A DNA stretch of 14,992 nt from assembly GCA_016839365.1 (NCBI GenBank), contig JAEOUH010000013.1:1-14992 (forward strand), read 5' to 3'. Below are positions 1 to 7,264 of this stretch, piece after piece. Source of the DNA: Candidatus Hermodarchaeota archaeon. Lineage in GTDB: Archaea; Asgardarchaeota; Hermodarchaeia; Hermodarchaeales; Hermodarchaeaceae. Within the stretch, counting starts at the first letter, position 1. Each line of letters starts with the position of its first letter. The position numbers were made by a program, and so were the translations under genes. The notes beneath the pieces were generated by a model. That model did no database searches. It was not told the origin of the DNA and saw only the letters and a list, made by a program, of their open reading frames with translations.

Positions 1-210
1 TCCGTACTAGACGAGGCATCCAACCAGTCTACGAATCGCACACCGCTCAGCCACCCGGAACACGACCAAGCAGCCGCGTCAATAATCCCCAGACGGAATC
101 ATAGAAAAACTCCACACCCAACGCGCAGGTCCAATTTACGAATACTATTAAGAAAGTGACGTAAAAGTAATCAAAGCTCATGGGAGAAACAGCAAAGGAT
201 CTTTCCTTCA

Positions 211-1944
211 ATGACACCCAACCAGTCACGAGATCAAACTACACTCCTTAGCCAAGCCCAAGCGGAAGCCATTAAAAAATTTGATACTGTCGCAGCTATG
301 ATTGAAAACCTCCTTGGGTCTCCTCCCATTGGCCATTATTCAACTATGAGTTTTGCATCTTTTCCCCTTCAACTCAAAGGACCCAGATTCGGAGTAAAAG
401 AATACAAAGACAATAAAGACCACAATGTTCTACAATTTTCGAAGGACTTACTCACAAAGTATCCAAAGTACCTCGAGCCAATTCTCTGGCGTGAAGCCTT
501 TCTCCTACACTTGCCTAGTTCTATCCGGGAAGTTTCGCTGGCTGCTGACCTTGGGCTATACTGTTATTACCGTTTCGGACTCAGAACAAAAAAACAAAAA
601 GACCAGTTCCTCCAAATCTGGCAAACGACTTCACCATCCATTGATTACACCTTTTACCGCTATTATCCCACAGCTGGGTTTGAATACTTCGACAATCTTG
701 TTGATGGTAACTTTCTCAAAATGGCAAAAGGGTGGTTCAAACCTTTCATCCAGGTGACAACAGCGATAAGTGCAGAAACGTACACAGAGAACCTCGAGCG
801 ATGGATGTTCAATTATCACCGGAAGCTTCGTCCCATAGAACACAAAATCCTTTGTGGTTTAAACGACTGTCTTACTTGCTCACAAATCGAATTGGCAGAA
901 CACCTCAAACTTCGCCAACCAACAATTAGTCAGGTTATCAAACGCTTAGCGCAACAACACTTGCTTAGATTCATAATCTACGAAAACTATCCCAAACTTG
1001 GGCTTCAACCTATTACAGTTAAATTCGCTTCTAATAAAGCGAAAATAACTAATTCACTAATGAAGATGATTTCAAAGATTCGTTATTCACATTCATTACA
1101 GGAATTTGATTACCAACTATTTGCTTCTTTTTTGATACCAACAGAACGAATGACCCGATTCCGCCAATGGCTAAAGCAAGTTACCTCAAGTTTTAATCTT
1201 GTACCACCGGAGATACGATTTATTACAGAAAGAATGCATGCACGAAATCTACATTTGTATAACACTCAAGCAGGCGAATGGTCACTAGAGATTGAATCAC
1301 AGTTGGAGAATTTTTCTCGGTTGGTATCTGAAAAATTAACATCGCATTTACCTTCTATTAAATCATTCAAAATGGCGCCTCATCAGATTAAAAGAAGCAT
1401 CAAAATTAAGCAAGAAGATTTTATCTACATGCAAAGAGCAACTGAGGTCTTTCTTGCTACTCGGCATGTGAAGTTTATTGAATCTCATGAGTTACGAGAA
1501 GCAGGTTATAAAGAATCAGAACACATGGCGTATCGTCGGCGAGTAAAGTTTTTAGAAAAAAATGAACTGATTAGCCCCCCTCTTGGAATTGGATTACTGA
1601 ATATCGGCCTGAACTCGGTGATATTCATTGACATTAGATCTCATGAAGAGGAAACCAGACGAATTCTTTCAGCATGTCAGATCTTCCCACACATATCTTC
1701 TAAATTATTTGATGATGGTACTGGTATAGCAACCCTCCCCGTTCCTTCCATAATTGCGGTTTCTCTAATGACATCTCTCGACGAACTTTTAATGTCACTT
1801 GGGGTTCCTGCAGTTACCACAATGAAACCTACATGGAAAGCCTATGGATGGATGGGACCTCCAATCGTAGACTCCTTGAACTACGATTTTGAAAAAAACA
1901 AATGGATATGGACTAAAGACACACTACCAATACCACGTATTTAG
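211..1944 (+). CDS. Large multi-domain winged-HTH / tandem Lrp-AsnC-like putative transcriptional regulator (577 aa), paralog 1
   Basis: Long ORF with a wHTH at about aa 208-255 (HKILCGL...SQIELAEHLKLRQPTISQVIKRL), followed by an Lrp-type linker (NYPKLGLQPITV). A second HTH-like helix (YRRRVKFLEKNELI) and a C-terminal YDFEKNKWIW follow. It aligns by eye along its length with 2347..4083. Confidence 0.75.
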   Translation: MTPNQSRDQTTLLSQAQAEAIKKFDTVAAMIENLLGSPPIGHYSTMSFASFPLQLKGPRFGVKEYKDNKDHNVLQFSKDLLTKYPKYLEPILWREAFLLHLPSSIREVSLAADLGLYCYYRFGLRTKKQKDQFLQIWQTTSPSIDYTFYRYYPTAGFEYFDNLVDGNFLKMAKGWFKPFIQVTTAISAETYTENLERWMFNYHRKLRPIEHKILCGLNDCLTCSQIELAEHLKLRQPTISQVIKRLAQQHLLRFIIYENYPKLGLQPITVKFASNKAKITNSLMKMISKIRYSHSLQEFDYQLFASFLIPTERMTRFRQWLKQVTSSFNLVPPEIRFITERMHARNLHLYNTQAGEWSLEIESQLENFSRLVSEKLTSHLPSIKSFKMAPHQIKRSIKIKQEDFIYMQRATEVFLATRHVKFIESHELREAGYKESEHMAYRRRVKFLEKNELISPPLGIGLLNIGLNSVIFIDIRSHEEETRRILSACQIFPHISSKLFDDGTGIATLPVPSIIAVSLMTSLDELLMSLGVPAVTTMKPTWKAYGWMGPPIVDSLNYDFEKNKWIWTKDTLPIPRI

Positions 1945-2103
1945 CGAAATAATTGTATTCCAATCCTCATTGCTTATCTGGCTACTGCACAAAAAGGAAT
2001 TTTGAAAGTAATATTTGCTCCATATTTTTGCAACTGATTTTAGGTCTTTAAAACGGTCTCTCAGACTCGAAAGGTTACTAGCAAAATACGGAGGCATCCT
2101 ATT

Positions 2104-2148
2104 ATGTGGCCCCCTCGTCGTCCTGAACCTGATCTAAAAGTAGATTAA
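2104..2148 (+). CDS. Putative micro-peptide 1, MWPPRRPEPDLKVD (14 aa)
   Basis: GGAGG at 2090-2094, ATG at 2104, TAA at 2146-2148. Homologous to the peptides at 2175 and 4147(-); the shared residues differ only at synonymous third positions. Confidence 0.7.
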   Translation: MWPPRRPEPDLKVD

Positions 2149-2174
2149 AAGAAATTATAGAGGCATCTAATCAA

Positions 2175-2207
2175 ATGTATCCCCCGCGCCATCCCGAACC
2201 GTTCTAA
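2175..2207 (+). CDS. Putative micro-peptide 2, MYPPRHPEPF (10 aa)
   Basis: AGAGG at 2159-2163, ATG at 2175, TAA at 2205-2207. Tandem copy of the GAGGCATC-spacer-ATG-[WY]PPR-x-PEP unit. Confidence 0.7.
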   Translation: MYPPRHPEPF

Positions 2208-2223
2208 GAATCACTTAATAAAA

Positions 2224-2265
2224 GGAAACCAATTCGGTTTCCCTCTTCTTTTCTTTACATTTTTC
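2224..2265 (+). terminator. Hairpin plus pyrimidine tract downstream of the two peptide ORFs
   Basis: Perfect 7-bp stem GGAAACC-AATTC-GGTTTCC (2224-2242), followed by CTCTTCTTTTCTTTACATTTTTC. Confidence 0.6.
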
Positions 2266-2301
2266 AACTCGTTTACCTTACACCCGTAATCGGAAAGTAG
2301 A

Positions 2302-2325
2302 ACTATCAAAACACTAGTGTATAGT
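2302..2325. promoter_or_regulatory. Palindromic putative operator upstream of regulator paralog 2
   Basis: Perfect palindrome ACACTAGTGT (2311-2320), flanked by inverted ACTAT/ATAGT arms, about 25 nt before ATG 2347. Confidence 0.3.
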
Positions 2326-2346
2326 CATTGCATGGATGGCTAGCTC

Positions 2347-4083
2347 ATGTCGTCAGAGCTTCAGAAGCTTATTCACCGATTTAAACCCAAACAGGACTCA
2401 TTAGCGAAGGTGCTAGATTTAGAGGCTTTACCACGACGGAAAGATCGGATTCTCGATTTCGTGTGGTCTGATCATCCATTGGTCTATGATCGTCCACGGT
2501 TTGGTGTCATTGAAAGCAAAATCGCTGACCGACCCCATCGAGGGTGGCAAGTGATGTTGGCTCAAAGTTTCCAAGATGAAAGTGCTTACGTTTTGGATTG
2601 GGTGCTCTGGCGGGAAGCCCTTCTTAGCTTTCTGCTCCCTCATCTTCGGCATATCCCCGAAGCCGCAGATCTCGGCATGTATGCGGGCCTTCAATACGGA
2701 AAATTCAGCGAATCAGACCGAGAGGCCCTCACAGCATTATGGAAACAGGTTTCTCCTCCCCAACATTACCAACACTACATTTACGATGGCCCCTTTGGTT
2801 TTCCCCTCTATGATCAAGTCGTCTCTGGAACCTTCCTCCAACGAGTCGTTCCATGGCTCAATACCCTCCGACCCACCACCACACGAACAACCATTAGTTC
2901 CCATACATACACAGCAGCTCTTGAACGCTGGCAGCTTGAAACCCACATTCCCCTCACTGAACCCGAACACTTCATCCTCATTGCCTTAAGTCGCCTTACC
3001 AATCCCCTGCACCAAAGCCGTCTCGCTGATCAACTCAACATGAGCGTCTCTGGTCTCAGCCAACACCTCACCAATCTTGCCCAGCGCCATCACCTACGCC
3101 TGCTACGATCTATTGATTTACCCTTAATCGGGCTCCTTCCGCTTGAAGTGTTTTTTAATGTCACTAACCGAAAAATGGTGCAAAGAATCTCTGAAATTAT
3201 TTCATCAATCCAATATGTCTACTTCATCCAATCATTCCGAGAGAACATTCTACATTGCAGGTTGCTCATACCATACGAAAGACTCGATATAGTAAATGAG
3301 TGGTTAGACGATCTTGCAATTATTGAGGGAACAGGAGCAGTTCAATCGATAGCTAATTCCTCTCTTTTTTTCAATTGGAACTTTGATACATATATTCCAG
3401 ATTCAGGGTGGTCTCTTGATTTCACACTAATTCTCAATCTAATCGAATCCTCAATATCAAATAATCTTGAAAATCAGGTAGCTCCGAATCAAGGTTTTCA
3501 TTATTCTTATGATTCTGTAGCTTTGAAGGAATTTCCAATTAGGTTACAATTGGAAGATTTTGCGTATATACGGCGAACGTTTGATTCGATCTTATTGACA
3601 GAGAGAATTGCCTCTCAACCTTCTCAGGAACTTCGTGACTTGGGGATTCCTGAAACAATGCACATGCGGTATCGCCGGCGAATAAGGAAACTTGAAAGGC
3701 TGAAAATTAGTAAGAATAATGGAATAACGCTTTTTCACATCGGCCTGGATACCGTTTTGAAAATATACATCAATGAGCCACGTATGATTTCTGAACAAGT
3801 ACTCGGTGTCTTGTCTCTGCTGCCATATCTGAATGGTATAGTGCTTGAAAATGGCCATGCGTATGTGTTTGCTTATGTTACAAATTCTCACGCAGTAGAT
3901 ACGCTTTCTACTTTACAGAAGACCTTTGCTAAAAACGAAATCGAGGCATCGATAGAAGCACGACCTGCCTGGCAGTCTTTTACTGGGTTTGAAACACCGG
4001 TTTCACCCAAGAACTATGATTTCGCTAAAGGTGAATGGAAATGGGATGAATGCACACTCCCTAAGATACGGAAAAATACGTAA
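2347..4083 (+). CDS. Large multi-domain winged-HTH / tandem Lrp-AsnC-like putative transcriptional regulator (578 aa), paralog 2
   Basis: Shares PRFGV, LWREA, AADLG, TY(T)xxLERW, the wHTH (HQSRLADQLNMSVSGLSQHLTNL), EDFxY, ELR, YRRR, PxW and NYDFxKxxWxW with 211..1944. Confidence 0.75.
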   Translation: MSSELQKLIHRFKPKQDSLAKVLDLEALPRRKDRILDFVWSDHPLVYDRPRFGVIESKIADRPHRGWQVMLAQSFQDESAYVLDWVLWREALLSFLLPHLRHIPEAADLGMYAGLQYGKFSESDREALTALWKQVSPPQHYQHYIYDGPFGFPLYDQVVSGTFLQRVVPWLNTLRPTTTRTTISSHTYTAALERWQLETHIPLTEPEHFILIALSRLTNPLHQSRLADQLNMSVSGLSQHLTNLAQRHHLRLLRSIDLPLIGLLPLEVFFNVTNRKMVQRISEIISSIQYVYFIQSFRENILHCRLLIPYERLDIVNEWLDDLAIIEGTGAVQSIANSSLFFNWNFDTYIPDSGWSLDFTLILNLIESSISNNLENQVAPNQGFHYSYDSVALKEFPIRLQLEDFAYIRRTFDSILLTERIASQPSQELRDLGIPETMHMRYRRRIRKLERLKISKNNGITLFHIGLDTVLKIYINEPRMISEQVLGVLSLLPYLNGIVLENGHAYVFAYVTNSHAVDTLSTLQKTFAKNEIEASIEARPAWQSFTGFETPVSPKNYDFAKGEWKWDECTLPKIRKNT

Positions 4084-4100
4084 AAAAAGAAAAAAGAAAA
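4082..4100 (-). terminator. Oligo-T terminator for the minus-strand peptide ORF
   Basis: The minus strand reads TTTTCTTTTTTCTTTTTTT, starting 8 nt after the TAG of peptide 3. This is a typical archaeal U-tract. Confidence 0.55.
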
Positions 4101-4108
4101 TGATAGTT

Positions 4109-4147
4109 CTAACTTGGGACAGGCGTCGAAGGTCGTGGGGGGTACAA
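4109..4147 (-). CDS. Putative micro-peptide 3, MYPPRPSTPVPS (12 aa, TTG start), convergent with regulator paralog 2
   Basis: The minus strand reads GGAGG(4160-4156)-CATTGTGA-TTG TAC CCC CCA CGA CCT TCG ACG CCT GTC CCA AGT TAG. An in-frame TGA lies directly before the TTG, a TATA-like TTTATA at 4204-4199, and a U-tract downstream. Confidence 0.65.
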   Translation of the reverse strand: MYPPRPSTPVPS

Positions 4148-4501
4148 TCACAATGCCTCCTTATGGGTTTGGTTCTAAAGAGACATTCTGAATGGAACAT
4201 ATAAACAACGGAAAATTCATGCAAGGTTCTGACCGGAAAACTATTGAAATTAGGAAAATTTCCCAGTAAAATATCTGAGTTCATTCAAGCTCAAATTTTG
4301 GGCTACTCCGGAAAAAAGTAGCATTAGGATTGGATGAGCCCATGAAAGTGACTTTCTGTTCGTTTTCGGGCATATTTCGAACAGTTACGCGATAGCTGAG
4401 TCTTTCAGCTCTGAGAATGCATTGTTCACTTATCGTCAACTCTGTCTGCGCTTTTATTACGCCCGTTCAATGTTCAAAATACAGCGAACGGAGAACAAAG
4501 G

Positions 4502-5722
4502 ATGGAGATTATTCGGCATGAATTACAACGCCCATCTGTATTCATCGATGAGGCGAAGCTGTCCATTGATTATGTTCCTCCCAACCTCCCCCACCGTGAG
4601 GAACATCTCCGTAAATTAACGCAGTTGTTCCGTGGTGTCATTGAGACACCTGGTCAAGTGTCACAAAAGGTAATCATTATCGGTAATACGGGTTCAGGCA
4701 AGACCTCGGTCACTAAACTGTTTGGAAAATTGCTCTGCGAAGTGGCGAAGAGTCACGGATTTAATCTGGTGTACGTGCATGTGAATGCGCGTCGTGAACG
4801 AACCGAATACATGATTCTGAACAAAATTCTCTCTGCGTTTCAGACAGGGATACCACTTCGTGGGTTATCAACACAAGAATTGCTTTCAATCATTTTGGAG
4901 TATATTGAATCGAATAATCTCTACTTGCTTGTCACGTTAGATGAGCTTGGGGTGTTCCTCAAGCGTCGTGGAGAAGAGATACTCTATCTTTTGTCGCGCA
5001 CGGTGGATGATCAACTCAATGCCCAACAGCGCATCTCCCTAATTGGCATAAGTCGTGATCCATTATTCGGCTTCATCCTTGACCCGAGCACTTGGAGTAC
5101 TCTTCAGAAGAACGTCCTCTATTTTAATCGCTATGATTCGTGTCAACTTCGAGATATCTTGGAGTTTCGGGTAAAAGCGGCAGTGTTGGACGGCGCAGTG
5201 CCGACCAGTACAATCGACCTAATCACCGATATCGCAGCTGCTTCTGGGGACGCACGTTACGCCTTGGAGCTGCTCTACAATGCAGGTAAAGTGGCCGATG
5301 AGAAGGGGGTGCTTCGAATACTGCCTGAATATGTGCGAAGCGCGAAGGCGTTCATTACGCCGGAAATACGACGCGAAGTCCTTGTCGATTTATCGCTGCA
5401 TCGTCTTTTCCTTCTACTTGCGGTTTGCAGGTTGTTGAAATCTTCGGAAGATGCCTACATTACCACTGGCGACCTTGAAGCTCGTTATGAGCTTATCTGC
5501 GAAGAGTATGCACGGAGTCCCCGCGCACACACTCAGGTATGGACATATATCCAAGACCTTGTGGGGCTTGGGGTTCTCACTTCAAAAATCTCCGGTGCTG
5601 GGCAACGCGGGAAAACTACGCTAGTCAGTCTCCCTGACATCCCTGCGGCTGTCCTAGAATGTGAGCTGGAATTACTCCTTGAGAAAAGGAGAGTTGGTGC
5701 TAAAGGTGGTCGAAGAAACTAA
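4502..5722 (+). CDS. cdc6: Cdc6/Orc1 family AAA+ DNA replication initiation protein (406 aa)
   Basis: N-terminal LSIDYVPPNLPHRE, Walker A GNTGSGKT, Walker B VTLDE, sensor II GDARYALELL, and a C-terminal winged helix ending in GQRGKTTLVSL. Confidence 0.95.
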   Translation: MEIIRHELQRPSVFIDEAKLSIDYVPPNLPHREEHLRKLTQLFRGVIETPGQVSQKVIIIGNTGSGKTSVTKLFGKLLCEVAKSHGFNLVYVHVNARRERTEYMILNKILSAFQTGIPLRGLSTQELLSIILEYIESNNLYLLVTLDELGVFLKRRGEEILYLLSRTVDDQLNAQQRISLIGISRDPLFGFILDPSTWSTLQKNVLYFNRYDSCQLRDILEFRVKAAVLDGAVPTSTIDLITDIAAASGDARYALELLYNAGKVADEKGVLRILPEYVRSAKAFITPEIRREVLVDLSLHRLFLLLAVCRLLKSSEDAYITTGDLEARYELICEEYARSPRAHTQVWTYIQDLVGLGVLTSKISGAGQRGKTTLVSLPDIPAAVLECELELLLEKRRVGAKGGRRN

Positions 5723-6026
5723 CACTACACTCATCGAGCAGATGCCCAATACGCGTCCTATCCCCGTTGAAATTCTCTTTTCCTCCCGGGGTCGAATCAA
5801 GATAATCCGTCTTCTAGCGGAATGTGGAGAATTGAACATCTCTGAGATTGCGAGGCGAACACAGTTGAACCATAGTACCACACGAAGACATCTTCTGTTC
5901 CTAGAACGTGCAAAACTTGTTCAAGAGAAAACCTTTGGTCGAATTCGGATATATCGTTATAAGATCGAGAATCTACGGGCGCTCGCGCTTCGACGATTTA
6001 TTGAACTCTGGGAAAAGTCGGAGTGA
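5706..6026 (+). CDS. Small ArsR-like winged-helix DNA-binding protein
   Basis: FSSRGRIKIIRLL...LNISEIARRTQLNHSTTRRHL..LE...LV...FGRIRIY. The start is uncertain (GTG 5706 overlapping the cdc6 end, or ATG 5742); the ORF-track start at 5661 is probably too long. Confidence 0.85.
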   Translation: MVEETNTTLIEQMPNTRPIPVEILFSSRGRIKIIRLLAECGELNISEIARRTQLNHSTTRRHLLFLERAKLVQEKTFGRIRIYRYKIENLRALALRRFIELWEKSE

Positions 6027-6034
6027 AACGCGTG

Positions 6035-7264
6035 TTAGTCTTTGAGGAGTAATTGGATTAATTCGTCTGTTAGCTCCAAATCTTTCTTAATCTCCTCTTT
6101 CAAGCCACCGGTTTCTATTAGGGCTTTAAGTACGATTTTGTATTCTGTGTAGGCTTTCTTGGAGGAAAGGTGTACAATTGGCGAAAGTGATTGACCAACT
6201 AAAGCGCGCTTTTGACGGAGTCCTCGAGAAAATCCCATCTGGCGAATCCACTCGGGGTAGCTGTATTCTAGGTGTGTTTCAGCAGGCTTTCCACCTAATA
6301 TGGATGCAGATAGGCTCATGAGCTCTTTAGAATAGGGAAGCAATCTCCAGTTTTGTGTTTGTTTCATTCGTTGATTGTGAATGCTTGCTTTTGACAGTAT
6401 TGCCAATCCTTTCTCTTGTTGCGCGAGACTAGGAAATACAAGGTGCAGATTGTTGCTTACCCATCTGAGTAGTTCATCAGGGTATGCGTCGGTCTGGTTT
6501 GCCGCATAAATGGCATCGTTCCAGGTTTTTGCATAGAAAATTCTGTCAAGAGCCTCATTAATGTCAATCGTTTGGTCTCGTGCTTTAAGAAGGTCGATTA
6601 CGCTCTCAGTAGTGATTGTTGAACCCGATTCGGCTAGACGCTGCAAATCGTTAATGGCCGCTCGAAGATCACCGCGAGACTTCAAGGCCAATTGTTCCAA
6701 TGCCGCCCTATCGTATTTGATTGATTCCTCATCGCAGATACTTTGAAGTTTATCGGCGATTTCCACATTTGTTAGTAGCTGGAACTCAATATATGTGCAT
6801 AACTTTCGCAAGGGGCTGATTTTAGCATCTGTAATATCGTTTGTGATAAGTATAATTGGCACTTGCGTTTCTGTGACATAATCTTTGATTGCAGAAGCTG
6901 CCCCCCTATCGGATTTCCCGCTAAGACCCTCCAATTCATCAATTAAGATCACACGTCCCCGCTTGCTCGTGAGGGTTTTCGTCATTGTTGAAGTCTTCAA
7001 CAATTCATTCATCAGTTTCTTACTGCGTTTTACACTCGCATTGATTTCAAAAACCGCATAACCCACTTCGTTGGCAATTGTATATACCGTTAGGGTTTTT
7101 CCAACTCCGGCGGGACCAAAGAGTAAGAGTGCACGTTGGTTACGCAAGACGCTTTTGGGCCACTTTTGCAGCCATTCTAGAATCCTAGAAGTAACTGCTT
7201 TGTTTCCAACTAGGTCCTTTGTGTGGTTGGGCTTATATTTTTGAACCCAGGGCTGGTCTCTCAT
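6035..7264 (-). CDS. rfcL: Replication factor C large subunit (409 aa)
   Basis: PWVQKYKP, Walker A GPAGVGKT, EINAS, ILIDELEGL, GDLRAAINDLQ and NWRLLPY. ATGA overlap with the rfcS stop. Confidence 0.93.
   Translation of the reverse strand: MRDQPWVQKYKPNHTKDLVGNKAVTSRILEWLQKWPKSVLRNQRALLLFGPAGVGKTLTVYTIANEVGYAVFEINASVKRSKKLMNELLKTSTMTKTLTSKRGRVILIDELEGLSGKSDRGAASAIKDYVTETQVPIILITNDITDAKISPLRKLCTYIEFQLLTNVEIADKLQSICDEESIKYDRAALEQLALKSRGDLRAAINDLQRLAESGSTITTESVIDLLKARDQTIDINEALDRIFYAKTWNDAIYAANQTDAYPDELLRWVSNNLHLVFPSLAQQEKGLAILSKASIHNQRMKQTQNWRLLPYSKELMSLSASILGGKPAETHLEYSYPEWIRQMGFSRGLRQKRALVGQSLSPIVHLSSKKAYTEYKIVLKALIETGGLKEEIKKDLELTDELIQLLLKD

Noticed and set aside
1-229. ORF 47..229(-), open plus-strand frames ending at 104 and 159, and a GAGGCATC at 13-20
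   Set aside because: No recognisable motifs, and the true frame cannot be determined at the window edge. This GAGGCATC is not followed by a start codon or PPR, so it is not a fourth peptide gene.
180-251. Short out-of-frame ORF MGETAKDLSF... overlapping the start of regulator 1
   Set aside because: No RBS and no counterpart elsewhere; probably chance.
2090-2207. Mini-CRISPR or non-coding direct repeat
   Set aside because: Only two degenerate copies, with a codon-wobble divergence pattern and no cas genes in the window.
3989-4284. ORF-track ORFs 3989..4204(+) and 4003..4284(-)
   Set aside because: They overlap the end of regulator 2 and run through the poly-A/T tract. The RBS-supported peptide in another frame explains the region better.
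4160-4500. Replication origin next to cdc6
   Set aside because: No convincing ORB (TCCAxxGGAAA...GGGG) repeats; TTCCCAGTAAAA at about 4260 is only a weak partial match.
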